DNA from: Dicyema japonicum
Taxonomy: Eukaryota; Animalia; Dicyemida
Length of the DNA: 64,000 nt
NCBI GenBank assembly: GCA_011109175.1
Contig: RDEW01000033.1
Span: forward strand, 372,001-436,000
Direction: 5' to 3'
In this document: positions 21,701-33,968 of the stretch, in pieces
How positions within the stretch are numbered: the stretch's first letter is position 1
Layout of the letters: the number at the start of each line of letters is the position of its first letter
Made by a program: the position numbers and the translations under genes
Notes under the pieces: generated by a model
Seen by the model: only the letters and a program-made list of their open reading frames with translations
What the model was told of the DNA's origin: nothing
The model's database searches: none

Positions 21701-22464
21701 TCGACACAAGTTTTCTTGTGTGGACTACATAACTGATTGCAAATCTGTATTAGATCAAGCATTACGTGTGATGCAATCCATTGTTGATTGGTCAGCACAT
21801 AAAAACTATACATTAACTACAATTAGATCTATTTTATTGATTCAACACATTATACAAGCTCTGGTCCCTTATCAATCTAGTTTGATTACAATTCCATACT
21901 TTGATCGTTTCAGACATAAAACGTTTAATCATTATGTTATTCCTAGTGAATTGATTGATAATGAACTCCCTTTGCTTTTTGATCTCAGAAGGAAAGATTT
22001 ATCTAAATTTAATAATTTCATGTCTTCTATTTTATCCCCCAGAATGATGACAAAAGCAATAGAATTTATTGAACGTCTTCCCATTATACAAGTCAAGATA
22101 CAGGTTGATAAGACTCCTGTAATTGATGGTGGAGTAGTTCTATTAAGTAAAAAAGAATGTACTCTAGTTGTCAAACTGTGGAATATAAATAGACTTGTAC
22201 AAATGTATTAAATATTATTAGGCTCATGGGTTGGAATTATTTTCTCCTCGTGTCGGAAAACCAAAAAGTCCTGGATGGTTTATTCTACTGACGGATATGC
22301 ACAATCAATCTTTGTTGGCCTTAAAGCGAGTAAAATTTGTCAGGGATACAGTTTCTGTTGTATTTTCAGTACCTAGTGCAAACTGTAGTTTGTACTTATT
22401 CAGTGATACATTTGTTGGTTTAGATCAACAATATGATATTTTTATTGACTTTAATGTTTTGTGA
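15742..22464 (+). CDS. ASCC3: Activating signal cointegrator 1 complex subunit 3 (two Ski2-like helicase cassettes plus Sec63 domains), many micro-introns
   Basis: [49 protein letters not shown]; second cassette [45 protein letters not shown], which fits ASCC3 rather than BRR2. Confidence 0.95.
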
Positions 22465-22473
22465 ATTTTATTT

Positions 22474-22707
22474 ATTTATTAACCCCCCATACACCGAGAA
22501 AGAAGTTTAAGTAAACAACTAAGTCTATTTAATTTCCGCTTCTACAGAAGCAGAGTCCATCCGGAATCAACATAAAAAGTAAGACTCCATACTTGCAGTT
22601 GTGAAAACTTCTCAAGTGGAGTGGGGAGAGCAAATGGTCTTTTTCGTGCCAGCCAGGTACTGGGCCCCACCTAGACAGATAGATCACATGACGCCACTTT
22701 AATAGGA
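22474..22707 (-). mobile_element. SINE-like repeat, family 1 (head missing)
   Basis: Aligns by eye with 691-930; begins about 10 nt after the ASCC3 stop codon. Confidence 0.8.
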
Positions 22708-22714
22708 AGATGGC

Positions 22715-24765
22715 TTGCGGCCAGTTCACATCAGGGATCTTACGGCAGGGGCTACTGCAGAAGTTGGCTGCAACTTTGTCAAATCAATTACAAAACTGGT
22801 TACGCGTATTTTGAACGGAGATATTCCTCTTCACGCAAGAGCTCCTTATCAGTGCACATCTATCCGAAGGTGGGGTCCGCCCCATCGCAGCCGGCAACTA
22901 TTTCAGAAGACTGACAGCGAAAATCGCATGCAGTATTGTCTGTCCAAAAATATCTGAAGAATTTTCCCCCTCCAACTGGGGGTCGGTGTAAGGAACGGAT
23001 GCGAGGCGGCAGTGTATGCTGCGAGGTGTTTTTTGGACAGAAAAACTAACAAAACCCACACATTGGGGTCAAGCTGGACATCTGCAATGCCTTCAATTCA
23101 CTGAGGAAAGATCAAAATTTCGAAACTACAAGCAAACGAGCCTCGGAACTTATTACACTTGTCTACTTCGCTTACGGAACCAATTTTTTACTGGTTTTCG
23201 AGGACAAAATTATCTGTTCAAGACTGGAGTCCAACAAGGGACCCACTTGGTCCACTTCTTTTCACTCTGGCCATCAATGAAATTGTCCGCTTTATCAACA
23301 CAGAACTAAACCTCTGGTATCTTGATGACACCACGATTGGAGAGCCGTGGAGAAAAGTTTATGACGTTCTGTCGCATGCCTCGGACTTGAGATAAATATA
23401 AAAAAATCGAAGCTAATAAACATCACACACTCGGAGAGTGATTTTATCAACGTGGTCGAGTCTTTCAACTCGGTACTACCTGGAATTACTGTCGTACCCA
23501 GGGAGCGGACATACTTTCTTGGGTGTCTACTTGACGAAAAGGAACTGCGGAACCATCTATTAACAAAAGAGGATGAACTCTCTAGAGTTACGGAGTAACA
23601 TTCCTTACTCGATGCTCATCAGCGTTCTTCCTCTTGAAAATAGTATCGGCTTGCCCGAACTCCTATACGCTCTCCGATGTTCTCCCTGCTTCAAACATAG
23701 TGACATCTTCCTGTCACTGGATAGGACATCGAGAAAATCAGCTGAATTGCTTCTAAACATCCACTTTGACGTGCCTAGTTGGAATCAATGCAAGCTTCCT
23801 ACACGCCTCGGAGGCATGGGTTTCAGGTCGGCGCTGGAGATCACCTTTCCAGTATCTGTGTCATCGCTCTCAAGTGGAAGTCTTTTGGTCCAAGAAATCC
23901 TACGCTTTCCAATTGGACTTTCTTGGGAAAAAGTCTTTGACGAAGCTCGTCGTGAATGGTTTGAAACTGGTTTGGATATGCCGAACGATCTTCGAGGCAA
24001 CGAGAATGGGATGAAGTTTACTCCAAGAATATCTTCGACTTACTAAAGTCTGAGACCAACCAGCATCGTCTTGCATGCCTCGTGTCCCCGCTAACCATAG
24101 GAGCATGGCTGGATGCACTCCCTTGTTCCTCCCTGGGGACCCTTTTGGACGATGGCTGTATTCGGATTAGGATCGCACAACAACCTGGGAGTTGATGTTT
24201 GCGTCGAACACCAATATCGTTGTGGAGGGATCGTCGATGCCAAAGGGCTCCATCCGCTTTCGTGCAAAAGGAGTGCGGGCAGTGCACCCCGCCACGCTGT
24301 ATGAACAACATTGTAATGCGTGTTCTTGAAGCTGCAGGCTTCCCGGCAGTACTGGAGCCCGTGGGATTGGACCGCGGAGATGGGAAAAGACCGGATGGGT
24401 TAACTATCTTTCCGTTCACTGAGGGAAAATCGCTTGTATGGGACTGCACTGTTGTGGATTCTTTCTCGAACTCGATGATACTAGCTCGGCGCAGTCTGCT
24501 GGATCGGCAGCCGATCTGTCGAGAAAATCAAGATTAAAAAAATGGCGAAATTGGAGACCGCTTTCATTTTGTGCCGGTGGCAATGAGACGTCTGGTGCCG
24601 CGGGAAGTTTCACAGCCTTTTTCCTGAAGGAAATGGAGGGAAATTGTTTCACCGTAAGAAAGACGTGTGGGAAGCGGTCTGGCTGAGGCAACGAATTGGG
24701 ATTGCAGTTGTCCGCGGAAACGCTTACTCCGTATTGTCAGCAGCTTCTCTTCCCCATAGTTAATA
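22715..24765 (+). mobile_element. Third CRE-clade element, 5'-truncated and frameshifted
   Basis: LRPVHIRDL, FKTGVQQG, NLWYLDD, YALRCSPCF, LPTRLGGMG, KRPDGLTIFPF..LVWDCTVVD, RIGIAVVRGNA in shifting frames. Confidence 0.85.
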
Positions 24766-24933
24766 GATAATATTTTATTTTAAAAAAATTTTTTTATAAA
24801 AAAGTGACTGATAATTACAAACTAATATTAATTAATAATAAAAAATAAATTTTATTTAAATTAAAGAATATTTAAATATATTTATGTAATGCATAATACA
24901 ATAGTTTTAATTATTTAAATCTAAACCGCATTG

Positions 24934-27717
24934 ATGTTTGGATCAGCTAAAATTAGTCCAGTTTCCTTATCAAACTTAACGAGTTCTACAGATTTATTAC
25001 ATTTGTATGGAAACCTTCACAAATTAAAAAAGCTCAGTCATCAGAATATTTGCAAATATTTGGACATTTATATTACAAAGAACGCTGAAATTTTCTTTAA
25101 GATTGAGCATTACTCCTTAAGTCTCAATAAAATTCTTGAAGGAAACAAGACAGACTGTATACGAGGAAAATTTGATGACATTTTTTATGGAATTGCTTCA
25201 GGAGTGGCATTTCTGCATGAAAACCAAATAGTTTGCCGATCTCTTTGTTCTGAAAACATTTTGTTTGACAGTCAAGTTGTTTCTGCTGTATATTTTAAGG
25301 GTAACATAAAAATTTCAAACTATGCAACATATTACATATCAAATGACGTGGATTGTTCATTAAATGAGTTTCCTTTAGGGTCATGATTATTGTAATTTCT
25401 AGAAAACCTTACTATACTGCACCAGAAGTATTTTTAGTTGAGTCTCTTCCATTTGGTGAGGTGCCCAAATTAAGTTATGGTACTGATGTTTGGTCATTGG
25501 GAATCATAATGTTGGAAATCCTGATTGTATAATTTAATAATTACAACATAGGAAAAGGAAATTTGGCGGGAAATTGAATTGAAATTTTGTATTTCCAAAA
25601 TACTGAGTTTCATCATTACTAGTGAGCCTCCTTTGGATCAAATATTATTGGAGTATAACATAGATAAGGATAAGGTCATTATTATTAATTATTCCCAGTA
25701 TTCAACTAACCACGTTATTCTGTTGGATTCCTGTTTGACTGTGGAGTTGACTAATAGGTACTTGTTTATAAATTATTTTAGAATAACAATAAATGATTTA
25801 TTGACTTGTTTTAGTGGAATAAAAAAATATGTAAATTAATACTTATTATAGAAATCACAACCATCGTTTAGTTCCCCTGGTTCGTTCATGAACACAATTT
25901 GGCTAAAAGATGAAAGTGAAAAGTCCAGTATTTCAGACTTTATTTGTCTTGATGAGTGCTACTGGTTGTGGAGATTGATTCACGGAAGTAGAGAAAATAG
26001 TGTTGATTTGTGGGAGATTCCAATGTAACCAACTGTTTATTTTCAGAGGAATTTTCATTAACGGGGATTTACTACATTCTACTTTGAAGCGATTTCTCTA
26101 TAATGACTCGATTGAAGGAGAGACCGACGATTATTTCATTAAAGTAAATAAAAATGTTATTTCAGAGGTTTTTTGATGCTGATAGTGCTGATTTATACCC
26201 ACTCTTGTTGAATCGTAAAGTTGAAGACTCCAACAATTCTAAGGGACGGACTCTTTCATTGTCCATTAGAGAATCTGATTTCAACTATCAACAGAAAAGA
26301 CTTATTATTTTTACAAGAATTCTAAAATCCTTTCCATTCAGTGACTTTCTCGTTAAACAGGAATCATTGATTGACATTCCCCCGTCGTTACGACCTTATA
26401 TATGGGCCTGTCTTTTAAACGTAAATTCTAATTACGTAAACTCTATTGACTTTGTGGACTTTAAAAAGCTTGATTTTAACACAGACAGACAAGTTACGTT
26501 TATTAAATATTATAGATTTGTTTAGATATCAAACGATGTCATCAGTACTCTAATTTACTGCAATCCTCTTTTGGTAGATCGATGCTTAAGAAGTTGTTGG
26601 CTACCTGGGTCATTAAGCATCCTCAGTATACGTATTGGCAGGGATTAGATTCTATTTGTGCTCCTTTTGCGTGGATGCTCTATAATGATGAAGCTTTGGC
26701 CTATTCGTGTTTTGAAGCGTTTATTGATAAATTTTTACCAAACTTTTTTATAAAAAATAATTCCTCTGTGATTAATGGTTAAAATGCAATTTTATGTAGA
26801 ACACATGAGAATATTCTCAAGTTTGGTTAGTTTTCATGATCCCGAGTTGTCGAATCATTTGTATAATATTGAATTCTTCCCTGAGGTTACTTTTGATGTG
26901 TAAGGTAGTTATACGCTGTTCCATGGTTCATGACTGTTTTCTCTCGTTTTGGTTTTTGTTATTATAGATACATTTTCATTGCCTGTAGTCTTCCATCTAT
27001 GGGACTCCATTATAGCTCATGAACGATCTCTCACTTTGTTTATTGCTATTTCACTCCTTCTAATAAGGAGAGAGGAGATTATTAAAGCCTCATTTAATGG
27101 TTGTATTATTATATTCTCAGATTTGCTTGGTTTTTATTATTTTCATTTTACAGTAATCGATGCTGAAGCTGTTGTTGCTAAATCGCTTTCACTTCAGTCA
27201 TTAACTCCGCCAAGTTGTTCGGCTATATTTTCATCAAAAATGGATGCAAATTTTCTGATTAATTCTAATAATATCAATATTGAGTTAAAATTGGCAAGTA
27301 AAAGATGTCCCAGAATTTTGTCAGATGATGTGATTGAAATATTGAATAACCAGAATACTCCTTGGAATGATAATCATAAACCACTATTTTTGGATTTACG
27401 TAAAATAGACGAGTTTAGTGTTTTGTTATTATAGTTACTACAAAGGATCACTTCCTGATGCATTTAATTATCACGTTCAGGGAATAACATGTCAGATAGC
27501 AGGATGGCTGATTGATTTGTTAGATGATTACAAATTAGGAGTGAAAATATGTACTTGTAGAGATGGACATGTGTCAGAAATGGTTTAATTGTTTAATTTA
27601 TGTTAGTTTGCTACTAAATTGTTGGAGTTGGGATACTCTCGTGTTTGCTATTTATTTAATGGACTGGCTGATCCACTAATTGGTAATTATTTTATTATAC
27701 CCACTGTTAATCAATAA
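24934..27717 (+). CDS. TBCK: TBC domain-containing kinase-like protein (pseudokinase, TBC and rhodanese domains), micro-introns
   Basis: Kinase-like N-terminus (LSHQNICKYLD, GVAFLHENQIVCRSL, GTDVWSLG); TBC motifs IPPSLRPYIWACLL, YWQGLDSICAPF, DPELSNHL, YAVPWFMT; rhodanese-like end LGYSRVCYL. Confidence 0.9.
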
Positions 27718-28353
27718 TATATTTTGTTTATTATTATTTTTGTCTTTCCAGCCACCATATTTATAGCTTAGACATACACTTTATAGAACACTTTTATTGA
27801 GAACGTGGACATTATCATGTCTTGGATGTTCATAACCTTAGATTTTAAGGAATTCTAACTTAGTATTTCGGATCTATAAAAATTGCCTTAGCCTCGAACA
27901 AACTAACAAATTTATAATATTTATCAGATAACGCTCTTTATTTCTGTCTTAGTAAGGACCTAAGTTGTCTTTTGTTTTTGTAGTCGACTCCCTTCTCTCT
28001 GAGATTTTTCAATCGTTTTGGAAAAACATGAAATTCCTACCATTTTCCGAGACTTGAACTGGGTGTCAATCAACTGGAATAATTTCATTGATTATAAGAG
28101 GAAGTTAAAAGTATAGAGGATTCCTAGAACGATTCACCTTCCGCGCGATTGCTGTCGAGATAACCGAAGCTATAAGCATCAGGTCCCTGATCTTCCTCAA
28201 GATGTATTGCATGGCCCATCAAGTTAGTCCCCATGACGGTCCTGAGTCATCAATAAAGTCAGCCTATAATTTACAACTTATTTCCTTCCACGTAAACATT
28301 ACTTCCTAAAATCAAAAAAAATATTAAAATAATAAAATATTATATAAAAATGA

Positions 28354-30221
28354 TTAAATTTGAGGTAAAGGAAATCTCCAGTAATTACAATTGATGTATT
28401 CATCATATATATGAGTTTTTTGTCCATCATGAAATGGAAACATGGCATCAACATAATCATTAACATTCATGTAACTAATGTAACATAATTATCATACCTT
28501 GTGTTTAGTTTGACTAAATTGGGTATAACAACACGACTTTTGGGATCAATGATGAATATTCTTGAAGGAGATACGCCAAGTGATCTATATGTTGTCTCAT
28601 CCTACAAATAATGGTATAATAATAACAGTATCACGATTTCCAAACCCTCCAACAATTGGTAGTGGATACTCCGATGGGAACAAATCAACAATGTCTTTAA
28701 GACAACCAATTTTAAATTCTTGGACATTTAAGAATGACTTCTCTATTGAATGCTTGAAAGATTCCATAGGGAGAAAGCATAATTGGTCCTCGAGGTAGTG
28801 ATAGACCATCTTGTCTAACTTTATGTATGAATTGACTAGTGACAGCAGATTGAGCAATAGAACGTGAGGACAAATATATATTCGATATCCATTATCATTG
28901 ATAGCCCTACACATTTGAATAACATTATCATGACACCAGTTCATTCCAACCAATGGGAGAACATGTCCTAGTACATCAGTTCTAATAATAAATAAAATAT
29001 AATACTTTGTAATAGTACCATCAATATCACTTACAACCAGTTTATCCAGATAACTCCATTTGAATATTTTACATGTTACTGTGCATGTCCCCTGAAATGC
29101 TGTTGTAATAGAGAATGATGCCTCATTACATCCTGGTAGTAAATTCATACTAGTCTACCATAAATAATAATAATCAACGATTTGATCAGAATTTAAAATG
29201 TTTGGTCTATCAAATGGTCTTGATCTTCGGTGGTTGCTTGATGACTCCAACTCAGAGTCACTTGTGATAAGCCTCAATTCACAGTCGCTTGCAGTGAGGT
29301 CACCATAACTATCTGCCTTCGTTTGTGGGGTTGGGGATGAATATTTTGGTTTACCACTTCCAAATATCCAGTTTAGTGCTTGTCTTCGTTTTGATTTTTG
29401 TGGGTAACAATTCAAAGAGTCCATACACATTTGAGGAAGAGAAACTCCAAATGCTGCCATGGAAACAAGTAAAGGTCCAATGGAATGCCAAGTATAAAAC
29501 CTATAAATAGTAAATACTACAATACCTCTCCTCAAACAGGAAAACCAGTCTCTTATTGGATAATATGGAAGTTGGGCACTTGATAAAATCTTCATGTGAG
29601 ACCAAACAAGAGTTAAATCTTAACAATGCATCATCAGAATTATGCAAGTCACCACAAAGTGACATTTGAATACCAGGAAAGAGAGAATTACTGTCATTAA
29701 CATCCTCAGTCCTAATTATTATCATTACGAATTACTCTTTGTTGGTTAACTTAAAATAATTATATTCTGCCTTCTCTGGTTTGTCAGAAAATGCACATTC
29801 GGAATCGAAGGAAATGTGTCGATGTATTCCCTCCCCAGATTCTTTCACAAGCAGGGAATCTATTATTAGAAACATTAGTAAATAAAACGACCTAAAGTTC
29901 CCGTTGAAAGACATCTGACAATATCACACTTGGAGTCCTCATCAGCCAAGTATGCTTCCCCAAACTCCCCCAGTCTTAGATTTATTGGAACAGACTCATT
30001 GTTTATTCGCATATCAATCTACAATAATATAGGATAATTACAGGTTGATGTCTAGGATTAAATACTCCCAACAGTCCAAAGACTATTTTGAGAGGCGTAG
30101 CCTTGAATGTTCCATCTGGCTGTTCTATTACAATTATATCGATAGCTCCGCAAATTGGGGTAGAATTGATTCGTGAGTAAAGACCACGAACATTGGAGAC
30201 AATATTGTTCATATACTGCAT
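28354..30221 (-). CDS. LPIN: Lipin (phosphatidate phosphatase), micro-introns
   Basis: N-LIP GAIDIIVIEQPDG, Lipin_mid MSLCG, catalytic SDIDGTITK, GFGNRDTD, C-terminal AMFP...YWRFPLP. Confidence 0.9.
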
Positions 30222-30424
30222 TCGTAGTATATATTTATGAATAAGAATTCGATTTTACAATTTTATTTTACTTAACGACAAGTGACACACGTAAGCATTA
30301 AATTATCTATAATTTAAATTATTAAAAATTATTAAAAATATTTTTATTATTTATATAATTATTGTACATAAACATTTTCGAAAATAATCTTTTATAAAGA
30401 TTTCCAACAAATAACAACCTAACA

Positions 30425-30547
30425 GCCGGGTGTCATAGTTAGGTGTTGGGCAAAAGTGGCTTAAATAAACTGTGTGTCCTGCCTATGCGGAGCTATAAAC
30501 ATTATGGCTCTCGTGAAAAGGCTGTTATTATTATTAATAATAATAAT
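30425..30547 (+). mobile_element. Internally deleted mini-copy of SINE family 2
   Basis: Head (GCCGGGTGTCATAGTTAGGTGTTGGGC) joined directly to the tail (GTGTGTCCTGCCTATGCGGAGCTATAAAC...CTCGTGAAAAGG); candidate TSD CTAACA at 30419-30424 and 30548-30553. Confidence 0.8.
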
Positions 30548-30789
30548 CTAACACCACGAATATTGTGTTTTATAGCAACTAAAATGATGTTTTTGTGTGT
30601 TTTTTGTGTTTTCTGAGCTGCATATTGTGATTGATACTTAATGAAATAGACCACAATAATACACCAAAGTAAATTTCATGCTATTTAGTTTGCCACTATA
30701 TAGAAAATATTGATAAAATGCGTCATTCCTAATGAATAGGGCCATTTAAATATTATTATTAATTAGATTCCAGACAAGTCATAAAATTA

Positions 30790-31390
30790 ATTAGGCTCCC
30801 TTGTTCTATCCAACAATTCTTTCCCACATCTTCTTCCAGCTGCCTCTCTTCTTTGCCAACTCTCAAGTTATCGAGATCTTCAGCATTCTCGAGTTTTTTT
30901 TTTAGGTTCTGGTTTAGCACTGATGATAGCGTTGTTCTTGGTCTCCCCTGGAATACGTCTCCTTATGTTTATATGTCTATGTTGGCAGAAGTGCATACGT
31001 CCATCCGCAGAATATGACGAAAAAATTTCCATCTCGATTTCAAAAATTCCACTGACAAAGAATTTAATTGCATTTCTTGTATAAATAATTGTTCGAGATC
31101 TTTAGCGGTATCGTATATTGAGTGCTGCACGAGCTGAGATCTATAAAAGCTGTCTAGATTCCTGGTTTTCTGCTTTGAAAGCCCCAGGCTCCACAGTTGT
31201 ATGTCAGAATTGGGACTACTAACGATTTATATATCTTTATCTTCACTTTAGCTTCTTTTTGATCCCCATACTAATAGTAGTTTTCTGAATGCTTCACTTG
31301 CCAGGATCTTCCTACGAGTCACATCTTCTGTGTCTCAGGAGGGTTACAAGCACGTTGTAGATAGTATTCATATTATCTCTACAAAGTCCA
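30790..31390 (-). mobile_element. RTE-like LINE 3' fragment
   Basis: DVTRRKILASEAF, IYKSLVVPILTYNCGAWG, KSRWKFFRHILRMD, GRPRTTL. Confidence 0.7.
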
Positions 31391-31439
31391 GATATCCGCA
31401 TAAATTGTCTCAGTAAACGTTTTTATAGAAAGATATAAA

Positions 31440-33900
31440 GTCATGAAGGTGGATAGAAGTGCCTGTCTTTTTGGAAGGATGTGTGGAAGAAAGATGAGAA
31501 TTATGTCAACAGAAATATTATTGGGAAGTGAATAACTTGAGCAGAGGAGTTACTGGTTGATACAACGAGAACATTATTCACTATACGCCCAATTGGAAGA
31601 CCTTTGGCTGCGATGGAGTATATTGATTTTTTATCTGAAATTTGAGTCTCTTCATATTCACATGTGAAGTGAAATCATCAAGATTTCGCATGGTGAATAT
31701 TGTCTAGAAGAATGGTATACACAGTGGATACGTACCTCATTCCTAAAAAAAAGACTTTTGATCACCAAATAACTTACGATTACCTGCATGCCAAACTAGT
31801 CATAAATTGTGTTAATGCAAACTTGTAGAATAAATTGAAACTTCAATCTCATTTCGGATAATCAGCTGGGAGCAAAAAGGCAATTCCAAGGTGCAAAAGA
31901 ACAGGCAAATCAGCGTGTTTATGCTGAATATGTAAATAGTTTATTTGCAACATAAATTGATGTGAAATAGGCGTTTGATTCTTTCAATCATGAATTTTTG
32001 TGTCGGGTACTCGACGACTCTGGAATCCAGGATTAGATTATGAAGTTTATCAAAAATCTAATAAACGAGTGGAATGTTATTTTAAATCTCAAAAAAAAAT
32101 AATTGGAACAGTCAAACTGGGGAGAAAATTCTTACAAGGAGATTCACTCTCCCCAACTTTTTACTATGGATCTATAAGCAGAATGCTAAATCGAAAATTT
32201 CGAAGGTGTGTATCGGTGATCTTTCTATTGTGATATACACAACTATTTAAATAGTCAGTTAGTTAAAGCACATTCGAGTTACCTGTAAACACTGTTTATG
32301 GTTTCGCTTGTGCCATGTTTTTCTATTATCCTATCCTTTAGTCTTCTCAATCCTTTTCGCTGTCGTGCTCGTTTCCTGATTTCGTCCAGATCGCCGCATC
32401 CTCCGCAAGTGTCCTTGGAAGACAACTTCTTGGACGTCCTCTGAATGCAGAAGATACAGTATGGTCGAAAAATTCTTCCATGAAGGCATTTCATGGTGTC
32501 TGTTCACCCATCCGTAGAATATGTCCAAAAAGGCGTCAGCGTGCTTCAAGTACGTTCAGACTTATTTATCCACAATCAGTCAGTTTGTATAATTTATTGT
32601 TTGAGATTTTCTTTGGCCAAGAGAATCCAAGGAGTTCTTTTAGTTGGCCTCTGTGGAAAGAGTCAAGTTGTTCCATATCTTTCTTTGATGTTTCCCAAGT
32701 ACCTGCGTTGTACATGAGGACTGGTGGACAAATCCATTATATAAACGTAATCTGAAAATGTAAAAAATAGAGAATATGACCAATACGAAATTAAATGCTG
32801 TAAATTTGTTTAAAAGTATAAATGAATATGCACTCTCCCTCTATTTTATCACATCGTGCTGATTGACATTGAACCACCTAGAAATTTGTTGTATCCTAAC
32901 TAACTTGCCCGTGCATTTGAACTATATCTCAGCAGAAATAATGTTGGAAGAGGAATAACCTCAATTTTGATAAAGGTGAATGCATGCTATTTTAATTTTT
33001 GTCCGACCTTGAAAGGAAAGCCTCCATGTGCCTCAGAAAGGCAAAGAAAGCATATTCGGCCACTATCACAAGATTTATTGCATCCAAGCACGGGGTTAAA
33101 GATTCTTCCAATTTAAGGGTTGGTTTCATCAAGGAATGTCAAAAGAAAAATTAAACTGAAATTTCTCCATTAATCTATAAGTGTTTTGAAAATACTAATT
33201 TCGATGTCAACGGACCAAAAGAATGACTAAATGGGGGGAATAATAGCCCAAGATCGGAAGCAATGTACTACATGATCCAAGATCAGAATCTTTTCTTTGA
33301 AAAAATGAAATCAAATTACAGTCATTGTGGTACACCAAAATAGTGTGGAGCATCTGGTTATATGATGTTGCAGGATGGTGCCTATATGCGGCGACATAAC
33401 CAAGTTATATACAGCTAAAACTAATTAGGAATTAAAAGAACACATAGTCAATCGATTTTGTAAAGCACTACAATTGAAATACGAGTCGATATAACAAGAC
33501 AAACAGATATACAAATTACAAACCGGATATTTTCGTTCACAATACATTCAAGAATGAAATAATAATGATACAAGTGGGAATCACGTCCCAAGAATTGATA
33601 AATCGAGCAAATCCACAGGGTCAACTTGAGGTGGAGTAGTAACCAAGTACTACATCTAAAAGTGGACGTAGCGACGAGGCCATGCATTCAGTCTACAACG
33701 ATTAAAAAAATTTGGAGAGCGTTATAGTCGAACAAAGATTTGGGATGAAAATATGAAATTAAAAGAATGACTAATTGCAAGAGGCTCTGAACTCGAAGAG
33801 GACTTCGAAGAGGAACCAGGAGAATCAATTGTTCGTCTTCTCCAGTGGTATACGATAAGAATAATGAGGGGATACAGAGGCTCAGTGTCTAAAGAGGAGA
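31440..33900 (+). mobile_element. Decayed R4/Dong-like element interrupted by an RTE fragment
   Basis: PNWKTFGCDGVY, YLIPK, LQGDSLSP, LNAVNLFKSINEYA, MRRHNQV, KPDIFVHN, VGITSQ in broken frames. Confidence 0.7.
32270..32745 (-). mobile_element. RTE-like LINE 3' fragment (type B tail), nested in the R4-like element
   Basis: Highly similar to about 42420-42940. Confidence 0.8.
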
Positions 33901-33968
33901 AGAAATCATTGAGTCTTGGATTAAAATGGAAAACCAAAATTTAAATTAATAATTTAACTAATTTGTAT

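Noticed and set aside
15742-22464. Alternative call as BRR2/SNRNP200
   Set aside because: [10 protein letters not shown] and [16 protein letters not shown] fit ASCC3 better.
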